DNA of 33,239 bases from Candidatus Iainarchaeum sp. (GTDB lineage Archaea; B1Sed10-29; WALL01). Within the stretch, counting starts at the first letter, position 1. Every line of letters starts with the position of its first letter. The stretch covers positions 1-33,239 of the forward strand of contig JAFGGZ010000035.1 in the NCBI GenBank assembly GCA_016939415.1, read 5' to 3'. A model generated the notes under the pieces. The model ran no database searches, was not told the origin of the DNA, and saw nothing but the letters and a program-made list of their open reading frames with translations. This document shows, piece by piece, positions 11,575 through 18,584 of the stretch. Position numbers and translations under genes: made by a program.

Positions 11575-11587
11575 AACATTTTTAAGA
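11575..11587 (+). promoter_or_regulatory. TATA-like box of the tRNA-Ser gene
   Basis: AACATTTTTAAG about 35-40 nt upstream of the mature tRNA 5' end. Confidence 0.5.
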
Positions 11588-11619
11588 AAGCGACTAATAG
11601 AGGTATCAGCGAACATTTT

Positions 11620-11704
11620 GCTGCGGTGGCGGAGTCCGGTTAACGCGCTGGCCTTGAGAGCCAGTGGGCGCAAGCCCGTGCAGGTTCAAATCCTGCCCGC
11701 AGCG
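11620..11704 (+). tRNA. tRNA-Ser (anticodon UGA), no intron, CCA not encoded
   Basis: Acceptor GCTGCGG/CCGCAGC plus discriminator G. Anticodon arm CTGGC-CT-TGA-GA-GCCAG (TGA at 11655-11657). Long variable arm GGGC-GCAA-GCCC. T-arm GCAGG-TTCAAAT-CCTGC. Confidence 0.95.
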
Positions 11705-11717
11705 CCTTTCCAAGGAA

Positions 11718-11848
11718 GGGGAACACTGATTCCCCAAAGCATCCTCCCCACTACAAAACAGCGAGCGTGAGCGAGCAAGTGCTTGCTTGCAAAGCAAGCA
11801 ACGATAGATTTCCCAGGCTTTTTCCGCTCTAAAAGCGGAAAAAGGCTG
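11718..11848. repeat. Cluster of inverted repeats (REP-like element or bidirectional terminator)
   Basis: GGGGAA-6-TTCCCC (11718-11735); TTGCTTGC-AAA-GCAAGCAA (11783-11801); CTTTTTCCGCT-5-AGCGGAAAAAG (11818-11844). Confidence 0.6.
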
Positions 11849-12754
11849 TTACACAATCTCCACTCTTCGCATGTTCGGCACCTTCTCGCGCGAAGTCGAA
11901 AAAGGCGACGTGAACCTGCCGGGGAGAGTCACCAGCCACAAAGACTGACCCTCCTTTACGTGCGAGTCCACAACAAGCGAGGGAAAGCCCTGCTTTAACA
12001 CAGTCCTCAGGCTACTGGACGCCGGGCCGGGAGGCGTGGCGGCAGAAGCAGACTTGAACTGGATGTGGAGTGCAGCCACTCCATTGTTCTCAAGAAAAGG
12101 CACTAAGTTACGGTAGCCCATATTCTCTTTCCTCGACAAGTACGGCGGCATAGGCACGAGCTCAAGACTGCCATCATCCTGCCTCACAGCCCTCACAAGC
12201 CTCCGGCCCTCCGCATCAGACAAGGAAGCAGTCGATGAGAACGCTTTACTGCCCTTCTTCTCATCCCAATCGCTCATCGAAAACAGTTTCCTGGCATGTT
12301 CACTGCGAATGAATACCCTGCGCGCCGAATCGAACATGGACGAGATTTCAGCCCACCTGGGGGTGTTCGTTACGCTTTCGCGCAGCTCGGCCAGGGGCTT
12401 GACCACGCGATCCTCGAAATCCTTGTACATTGCATCCTTTTTCAACGCATCCCCGACAGCCGGGTTATCATCATAGCCAGCGCCATGCGCAAGGTTAGAA
12501 AAATCGCGCTCCACCTCCGGCTTGCTTTCCAAGACATCGTGGTTGTCGTAAAACAAGTAATGATGAAGATCAGTCAAGACATCGTGGACGCGGGCGAGCG
12601 CAAGAAGCGAGCCCTCGACCTCGTAATCCGAAAGCGCGTTCTCCAGCTCCTTAAAGCCTTGCTTGGCCTCAGCAGTAATGACGAACCGTTTATCGCGCTC
12701 GAGTTCCTGAGCCAGGTGAAGCATTTGCCTCAGCCTTTGAGGGTCAATATGCAT
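11849..12754 (-). CDS. Hypothetical protein (~301 aa, helical N-terminal half)
   Basis: Only long ORF filling this interval. TTTTAAAA box 30 nt upstream of ATG 12754 on the minus strand, and the stop abuts a strong hairpin. No family recognised. Confidence 0.75.
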   Translation of the reverse strand: MHIDPQRLRQMLHLAQELERDKRFVITAEAKQGFKELENALSDYEVEGSLLALARVHDVLTDLHHYLFYDNHDVLESKPEVERDFSNLAHGAGYDDNPAVGDALKKDAMYKDFEDRVVKPLAELRESVTNTPRWAEISSMFDSARRVFIRSEHARKLFSMSDWDEKKGSKAFSSTASLSDAEGRRLVRAVRQDDGSLELVPMPPYLSRKENMGYRNLVPFLENNGVAALHIQFKSASAATPPGPASSSLRTVLKQGFPSLVVDSHVKEGQSLWLVTLPGRFTSPFSTSREKVPNMRRVEIV

Positions 12755-12769
12755 GCATAAGTAATGCAA

Positions 12770-12812
12770 AACCAGGTTTTAAAAGCTGTCGGGGAAACCA
12801 TTATTTACCTCA
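12770..12812. promoter_or_regulatory. Divergent promoter pair
   Basis: TTTTAAAA (12777-12784) for the minus-strand ORF and AAACCATTATTTA (12795-12807) for the plus-strand ORF. Confidence 0.5.
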
Positions 12813-12824
12813 GCGCCCCCAAAC

Positions 12825-13598
12825 ATGAGTATGCGGTTGCTTTTGGCAATACTCTTGGTTTCAGCCGCGCTGGCTGCTTGCGACTACTCAGTTACGAGCA
12901 TGGCCATCGGCTCGAAAGCAGACTGCTCAGACGCAATGCCTGTGGAACAGGCACGCGTGTACGCGGGCGAAGACTACTACGTGTGCGGCGCTCTGGACAT
13001 CGGAGGCGCGCGCATAAGCGCTTACGAAGAGAGCATCATGCCGCAGCAGGAAGCAGACACTCGCGCGCAAGGCAGGTTCATACTACACGGCAAGGCCAAC
13101 ACAGAAAAGTGGGGAGTGTACTACATCAAGCTTGAATTGGAAGAACCGTGCGAAGGAGAACTGATGCAAGTGCCTGTCGAAGTCAGGACGCGGTGCGTCC
13201 AACTACCTCCCAGCACAGTCCAAGCAGTGCCGAACGCGGTCGAGGAAGGTAAGTCATTCGCGATAGAAGTCGCGAACGCAGACAAAGACCTGGACATGCA
13301 GATCCAGGGACTGGCAATGCCGATAACAGCAAGGATAGTGCAGGGAGAGAAGTGGACGCGCAGCGTGACAAGCCAAGAGTGCGCGCCAGCAGGACAGGCC
13401 TGCACCTTGCGCTTCAGCTTCGTTGAGGCCGAGCACCCCATCTGCAGGCACGACGGCAGCGCAATAGAAGTCAGGGTGCGTGAGGAGCAGCAGGCAACAA
13501 GCACAAGCATCACGGACCCCACGCTCGGCATAGCAGTGATGGCCGCAGTCGTCATAGTCGGCACTGGAGCGGGCGTGTTCGCGCTCTCCAGAGCGTGA
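12825..13598 (+). CDS. Secreted/surface protein with signal peptide, 8 Cys and a C-terminal membrane anchor
   Basis: MRLLLAILLVSAALAA-C signal, beta-rich body, Thr/Ser linker, then TM LGIAVMAAVVIVGTGAGVFAL. Start may be ATG 12831. Confidence 0.8.
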   Translation: MSMRLLLAILLVSAALAACDYSVTSMAIGSKADCSDAMPVEQARVYAGEDYYVCGALDIGGARISAYEESIMPQQEADTRAQGRFILHGKANTEKWGVYYIKLELEEPCEGELMQVPVEVRTRCVQLPPSTVQAVPNAVEEGKSFAIEVANADKDLDMQIQGLAMPITARIVQGEKWTRSVTSQECAPAGQACTLRFSFVEAEHPICRHDGSAIEVRVREEQQATSTSITDPTLGIAVMAAVVIVGTGAGVFALSRA

Positions 13599-13656
13599 GC
13601 GGGGCTAAGTCAGGGTGCGGCCCCTGAACTTAAGGCATGCTAACGAAGGGATGAGT

Positions 13657-14073
13657 ATGGGCTACAAGTACGTTGATGAAATCACGTCAGACGTCATGTT
13701 CGAAGTCAAGGCAAAGACCTTCGAAGAAGTGCTTTCAGACGCGGCGAAAGCAATGCTCAACATCATGTACGACATCAGCAAGGTCAACCCGCAAAAGGAA
13801 GTCATCATACGGACAGAAGGCGATGACGAGAAAGAAGCCCTGCACAACTGGCTGTCGGAAGTGCTTGCCCAGTGGGAGATAGCGGGCCTCATGCTCTCGG
13901 AATTCGACGTGAAAGTTACCAGGAAAAACGGCGTGGGAATAGAAGCAGTGGCGAGAGGCGAGCCCACCAAAAACGACATGATCCAAACACTGGTGAAAGG
14001 CGTGACATACTACAAGTACGACCTCAAGAAGGCGAAAGACGGGTACACAGCAACAGTGGTAGTGGACATATGA
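13657..14073 (+). CDS. Archease (SHS2 domain; RtcB activator)
   Basis: N-terminal YKYVDEITSDVMFE (TAD-like), ARGE, VKGVTYY (KAVTYH-like) and C-terminal VVDI. Lies upstream of rtcB. CTTAAG TATA-like box 28 nt before ATG 13657. Confidence 0.92.
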   Translation: MGYKYVDEITSDVMFEVKAKTFEEVLSDAAKAMLNIMYDISKVNPQKEVIIRTEGDDEKEALHNWLSEVLAQWEIAGLMLSEFDVKVTRKNGVGIEAVARGEPTKNDMIQTLVKGVTYYKYDLKKAKDGYTATVVVDI

Positions 14074-14615
14074 TGCAGGGCTCGAGCTACAGGGAAAGAG
14101 AACTAGAACTCATAAGACTAAAACTGGTAATGAGGCTGAGGATCAAGAAAGGAGACGAAGTCTTGGAGATAGGTTCTGGGAAAGGAGGGACATCCCTGCT
14201 GATAGCCGCAGCCACCCACGCCAAAGTCACGGGAGTAGAACCAGACAAGGAGTTCCTTCGCATTTCCAGGAAGTGGGCGAAAGACCTCGGTATAAACGCG
14301 GCTTTCAAGCCCATGCCATTCGATGGAACAATCTCCCTCAAAGACAAGTACGACTTCGTGATCCTATCAGCGGTACTGCACCACACAGAAGAAAGAACAG
14401 GATTGAGGATAGTATCAGAAGCAGTCCGACTCACCAAGAAAGGAGGATGCATCGGCATCCTGGAGCATAGGAAAGTAAGCAAGAGCCGCGTGCACAAAAG
14501 CCAGTGGAGCGTTGCGAAACTAAGGAAATCCCTCGGAAAGAGCAGCGCCAAAGTCATCAGCACGGAAAGCGCCGGAAAGAACAGCTTCATAATCGTGGCG
14601 AAGGTGATGGAATGA
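14070..14615 (+). CDS. Class I SAM-dependent methyltransferase (181 aa, basic)
   Basis: Motif I VLEIGSGKG, acidic motif II VTGVEPD, YDFVILSAVLHH, RLTKKGG. ATGA overlaps with both the archease stop and the rtcB start. Confidence 0.88.
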   Translation: MMQGSSYRERELELIRLKLVMRLRIKKGDEVLEIGSGKGGTSLLIAAATHAKVTGVEPDKEFLRISRKWAKDLGINAAFKPMPFDGTISLKDKYDFVILSAVLHHTEERTGLRIVSEAVRLTKKGGCIGILEHRKVSKSRVHKSQWSVAKLRKSLGKSSAKVISTESAGKNSFIIVAKVME

Positions 14616-17521
14616 AGGAAAAACTCGAGAAAGTGTCGGACTGCAAGTGGAGAATCCCGAAGACCGCGCGAGACAGGATGCGCGTGGACGCAGTCGTGTA
14701 CGGCTCGCAAAAGATCATTGACCAAGCAGAAGACGCTGCAATAGAGCAACTCACCAACGTAGCCTGCCTCCCAGGCATCATGGAGCCAGTCGCAGGCATG
14801 CCGGACATTCACTGGGGCTACGGCCTCCCCATGGGCGCGGTAGGCGCGTTCGACGCGGAAGAAGGCGTTATCAGCGCGGGCTGCACGGGCTTCGACATAA
14901 ACTGCCTTCCTGCTGGGACAAAGGTTCTGCATGAATTCGGTTACAGAAAGAACATAGAATCATTCGAAGAGACATTTACAAAGGACAGGATTAAGTGTTT
15001 GAACCCCACGTCAAAACTAAAGAACACGGAGATTGCACTGTTTCTTAAGAAGAAGCAAAAAACTGTCATCGAGCTCGTGACAAAGGCAGGGCATAAGATC
15101 CAGGCAACGAAAGACCACCCATTCTTTACAAGAATGGGCATGAGAGAACTCAGGTATATTGCAGAAGGAGAAAGCGTTTCCGTCTTCCCGTTCCAAGGAG
15201 TCGAATACGAAAAGCCAGCAAGCGGCATAATCATTGAACACGAGCAGGTTGGCGCGAGTGTTCGCAAAGAACTGGAACAGAAGCACTTGCTCCCTCTGAC
15301 GCATGACAACGAAAAACTTCCTTATCTTCTCAAGTTGATGGGGTTCATAACCGGAGACGGCTGTGTGTACTGCAGCAAGGGACATTTCTTTGTATGCTTT
15401 TATGGAGAAAAAGAAGATCTTGAAGTAATAAGAGAGGATGTCAAGCGATTGGGATTCAAACCCGGGGTGATAAGCTCGAGAAATAGGAAACACAACATAA
15501 AAACATCATACGGCAACGTGGTCTTTGAACATCTAGAGAACACGTTCCGAGTATCCTCGAAAGCCCTATACGTCCTGCTTGAAACCCTTGGATTGACAAC
15601 AGGCAACAAAGTCAGAAAGGAAATGCTCGTCCCCGCGTGGGTGCTCAAGTGTCCTAAGTGGCAAAAAAGGCTTTACTTGGCAACGTTGTTCGGAGCTGAA
15701 CTTACCACTCCTTCCACCGTGACAAAACACGGTTATAACTTTTACGGACAAGTGCTTTCAATGAACAAAGAGAAAGGCCTGCTAGCAAATGGAAAGCGAT
15801 TCATGAAGCAGGTACAGGATCTCCTGAAAGAATTCGGTATTAAGAGTACGCTGCTAAAGGAGCGGAAAGAGTATGTTAACAAGGAAGGGATCGAATCGTA
15901 TAGGTTAAGGCTGCAGATCTCTGCCACGTCAGATAATTTGCTAAGACTATGGAGCACCATCGGGTTTGAATACAACAAAGAAAAGATGTTCAAAGCAAAT
16001 GCTGCGCTACAATACCTAAAGCTTAAACAGATAATAATATCCGAAAGGGAAAGAGCCCAAGATCAAATAAGGAAAATGAAAAAGCAGCACAAGCCATTCA
16101 AAGAAACTCTCTCCCTCAAAAGCGAGTACGTGAACCAAAGATTCCTCCAACGCTCATACTACGAAAAAAGTGGGATGCCAAGAGTGACCCATAAGTTTGA
16201 AACATTCGAAGAGTTTCTGAAGAACAGCACCGAAGGATTAGGAAAAACAGGGCAAGTATGGGACGCCATCGTAAAAATGCGGGAAATACCACACAATGGC
16301 CTTGTTTATGACTTCACAGTCGCTGATGAGAACCACAACTTCATCGCAAACAATTTCATGGTCTCTAACTGCGGCATCCACATGATACGAACAGACCTCA
16401 CAGCAAAAGAAGTGACCCCCAAACTCGATGAACTCGTGGAAACACTGTTCACCAAAGTCCCGTGCGGCGTCGGGTCGGAAAGCAAGCTACGCATCACAGG
16501 AGACGAATTCGACGAAGTCCTCACCACCGGCGCGGTCTGGGCGAAGGAAAACGGCTTCGCGACAGAAGACGACATCAAGCACATGGAAGAAGAAGGCAGG
16601 ATGGACGGCGCGGACCCATCAAAAATCAGCGACACAGCGAGAAAGCGCGGGCGCTCGCAGATGGGCACGCTCGGAGCGGGGAACCACTTCCTCGAAGTAC
16701 AGAAAGTGGACGACATCTATGACAAGAAAGCGGCAAAAGCCTTCGGAGTGGAGAGCAAGGACCAGGCAATCATCATGCTTCACTGCGGCTCTCGCGGATT
16801 CGGCCACCAAGTCGCCACAGACTACCTGAAAATCCACGAGAAAGCAGCCAAGAAATACGACATCTGGCTGCCGGACCCGCAGCTCGTGTGCGCGCCGACC
16901 ACGAGCCCGGAAGGACAAGCATACTTCAAGGCAATGAAGTGCGCAGTCAACTACGCCTTCTGCAACCGCACAGTCATGACGCACTGGGTGAGGGAAAGCT
17001 TTGCCCAAGTCTTCAAGCAGGACTGGGAATCGCTGGGAATGAAAACCATTTACGACGTCGCGCACAACATATGCAAGCTCGAGAAGCACAAGATCGGCGG
17101 CGAGACAAGGGAACTGTACGTGCACAGGAAAGGCGCGACCAGGTCACTGCCAGCAGGCCACGAACTGGTGCCGGACACGTACCGGCAGGTCGGCCAGCCA
17201 GTGCTCATCGCAGGATCCATGGGCACTGCATCGCACATACTAGTAGGCGCGGAAAAAGCAGCAGAGTCGTTCTACTCATCGTGCCACGGCGCGGGAAGAA
17301 CCATGTCCCGCCACGCAGCCATACGAGAGTTCTGGGGGGAGGACGTCAGGAAAAAACTCGCTGAAAAAGGCATAAAAGCCAAGTCCACCCACCCGAAAGT
17401 GCTATCAGAAGAAGCGCCGGAAGCGTACAAGGACGTTGATGAAGTCATAGAATCAGTGCACTGCGCAGGCCTATCCTCAAAAGTCGTGCGCGTAACACCC
17501 ATGGGCGTTGTCAAGGGCTAA
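14612..17521 (+). CDS. rtcB: RtcB tRNA-splicing/RNA-repair ligase, intein-containing precursor (969 aa; 480 aa after splicing)
   Basis: MPDIHWGYG, GFDIN|CG, GTLGAGNHFLE, HCGSRG, AHN, HRKGAT, GSMG, SSCHGAGR, EEAPEAYK, C-terminal VKG. AGGTGAT SD before ATG 14612. Confidence 0.97.
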   Translation: MKEKLEKVSDCKWRIPKTARDRMRVDAVVYGSQKIIDQAEDAAIEQLTNVACLPGIMEPVAGMPDIHWGYGLPMGAVGAFDAEEGVISAGCTGFDINCLPAGTKVLHEFGYRKNIESFEETFTKDRIKCLNPTSKLKNTEIALFLKKKQKTVIELVTKAGHKIQATKDHPFFTRMGMRELRYIAEGESVSVFPFQGVEYEKPASGIIIEHEQVGASVRKELEQKHLLPLTHDNEKLPYLLKLMGFITGDGCVYCSKGHFFVCFYGEKEDLEVIREDVKRLGFKPGVISSRNRKHNIKTSYGNVVFEHLENTFRVSSKALYVLLETLGLTTGNKVRKEMLVPAWVLKCPKWQKRLYLATLFGAELTTPSTVTKHGYNFYGQVLSMNKEKGLLANGKRFMKQVQDLLKEFGIKSTLLKERKEYVNKEGIESYRLRLQISATSDNLLRLWSTIGFEYNKEKMFKANAALQYLKLKQIIISERERAQDQIRKMKKQHKPFKETLSLKSEYVNQRFLQRSYYEKSGMPRVTHKFETFEEFLKNSTEGLGKTGQVWDAIVKMREIPHNGLVYDFTVADENHNFIANNFMVSNCGIHMIRTDLTAKEVTPKLDELVETLFTKVPCGVGSESKLRITGDEFDEVLTTGAVWAKENGFATEDDIKHMEEEGRMDGADPSKISDTARKRGRSQMGTLGAGNHFLEVQKVDDIYDKKAAKAFGVESKDQAIIMLHCGSRGFGHQVATDYLKIHEKAAKKYDIWLPDPQLVCAPTTSPEGQAYFKAMKCAVNYAFCNRTVMTHWVRESFAQVFKQDWESLGMKTIYDVAHNICKLEKHKIGGETRELYVHRKGATRSLPAGHELVPDTYRQVGQPVLIAGSMGTASHILVGAEKAAESFYSSCHGAGRTMSRHAAIREFWGEDVRKKLAEKGIKAKSTHPKVLSEEAPEAYKDVDEVIESVHCAGLSSKVVRVTPMGVVKG
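14903..16369 (+). mobile_element. Intein (489 aa) with LAGLIDADG homing endonuclease, in RtcB
   Basis: Block A CLPAGTKV, block B ATKDHPF, endonuclease motifs LMGFITGDG and LATLFGAE, block F VYDFTV, block G HNFIANNFMVSN|C. Removing it restores GFDINCG. Confidence 0.96.
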
Positions 17522-17554
17522 GATTTAAATAAACGCTCCTCGTTGCAGAAAGCA

Positions 17555-18100
17555 ATGGTGGAGCAAGAAATCATCGACGAAGTCAAGCGATTCATCAGCG
17601 GAGGCTATGATAAGCACACCATAATCCAGACCCTGGAAGGCTTAGGGTACACAGCAAAAGAAATCGTCGAGATCATTGCTGCAGCGACGCCCGCTCAAGA
17701 AACTGCCGAAAAACCGAGGAGAGAAGTGCCGAAGATAGAGGAAGAGGAAGAACTGCCAGAAGGCTTCGCCAAGGCACCAGAAGAAGAGAAAGAAGAGGAA
17801 ATCCCGCCAGAAGCCGAACTAGCACTCGAATTCGAAGAAGAATTGGGTGCGCTGGAAGGGCCGCAGGTCGTGAAGCCGCTGCCGCTCGCGCGAAAGCCAG
17901 CGAAGAAAGAAGTGCCCGCAGCACCGGAAAAAGCGAGGACGCCAGCTCCTAAACCTGTTCAGGAACCGCCGGCCGGGGAAGAGCAAGTCCAGAAAAAGCG
18001 CGCCACGATGAGCATCGTCATCTTCATCGTAGTGTTCGTCATCATCGGACTGCTCGCGTACCTCGCAGCCCCGAAACTCGGCATCAAAGTGCCGTTCTGA
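17555..18100 (+). CDS. Hypothetical tail-anchored membrane protein (small helical N-domain, acidic/Pro-rich linker, C-terminal TM)
   Basis: TTTAAATA box 31 nt before ATG 17555. E/P/A/K-rich low-complexity middle. KKR followed by SIVIFIVVFVIIGLLAYLAA. Confidence 0.8.
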   Translation: MVEQEIIDEVKRFISGGYDKHTIIQTLEGLGYTAKEIVEIIAAATPAQETAEKPRREVPKIEEEEELPEGFAKAPEEEKEEEIPPEAELALEFEEELGALEGPQVVKPLPLARKPAKKEVPAAPEKARTPAPKPVQEPPAGEEQVQKKRATMSIVIFIVVFVIIGLLAYLAAPKLGIKVPF

Positions 18101-18142
18101 AAACCCCATTCTTTTTTTAACAGCATGCACAATACCCTACGC

Positions 18143-18466
18143 ATGCCAAAACATGAAACCATTTTCAGGATGCGCGTGGGCGTGCCGCACACGCACCCGC
18201 AAGCCAAAGAACGAGCCGTCGCAAGACTGAACACGCTCCTCAACCAGGCGAAGAACAGCAAAGGCAACCTGCTCGCGCTGGAATCAGCAGAAACCGAAGC
18301 AGGCAGGAAGCTTGCCAGGCTCCACGAAGCAGAATACGTCGACTCAACGAATGAGATGCGCGAACTCGTGAGCGCGGTCGACGCGCTGCTCAGAGGCGTG
18401 AACACCAACGCGTACAAGGCCATGCTGGAAACCCCGCAGACCCAAGGCAAAGCAAAACCTTTATAA
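18143..18466 (+). CDS. Hypothetical protein (~107 aa, helical)
   Basis: Host-like codon usage. TTTTTAA box ~29 nt before ATG 18143 (ATG 18125 possible). No family recognised. Confidence 0.65.
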   Translation: MPKHETIFRMRVGVPHTHPQAKERAVARLNTLLNQAKNSKGNLLALESAETEAGRKLARLHEAEYVDSTNEMRELVSAVDALLRGVNTNAYKAMLETPQTQGKAKPL

Positions 18467-18468
18467 AC
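18453..18468 (+). promoter_or_regulatory. BRE/TATA promoter of the L3 ribosomal operon
   Basis: CAAAACCTTTATAAAC: purine-rich BRE plus TTTATAAA (18460-18467), matching the archaeal consensus. Confidence 0.75.
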
Positions 18469-18485
18469 AGAGTCCCGCAGAACAA

Positions 18486-18584
18486 TGGCATACTGTACGG
18501 AACCCGTATGGTGTCACAACTTCTGTTGTTGTTTGGAATGGAACGCTTACGACCTAGAGTCCGCGTTCTGCACGGGTGATCAGA
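18486..18584 (+). promoter_or_regulatory. Structured 5' leader of the L3 operon (candidate ribosomal leader)
   Basis: Three consecutive hairpins between the promoter and the GGGTGAT SD. Confidence 0.5.

Noticed and set aside
11655-11657. TGA anticodon read as a selenocysteine or suppressor tRNA
   Set aside because: Anticodon UGA decodes UCA (Ser); tRNA-Sec would have anticodon UCA. The 7-bp acceptor stem and G discriminator fit an ordinary tRNA-Ser.
14504-14611. N-terminal extension of RtcB in the ORF track (similar extensions for nusA, the methyltransferase, S17 and cmk)
   Set aside because: These overlap the upstream gene. Homology and SD/ATGA coupling point to the downstream ATGs.
14070-14615. 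Calling the methyltransferase Hen1 or Trm4/RsmB
   Set aside because: It lacks the Hen1 ExxEH metal motif and the PC/TC motifs of RNA m5C enzymes.
11620-18480. Integrated element at tRNA-Ser
   Set aside because: No integrase and no convincing duplicate of the tRNA 3' end; only a 10-nt match inside a CDS (~17913-17922) and a 7-nt match near 18474.
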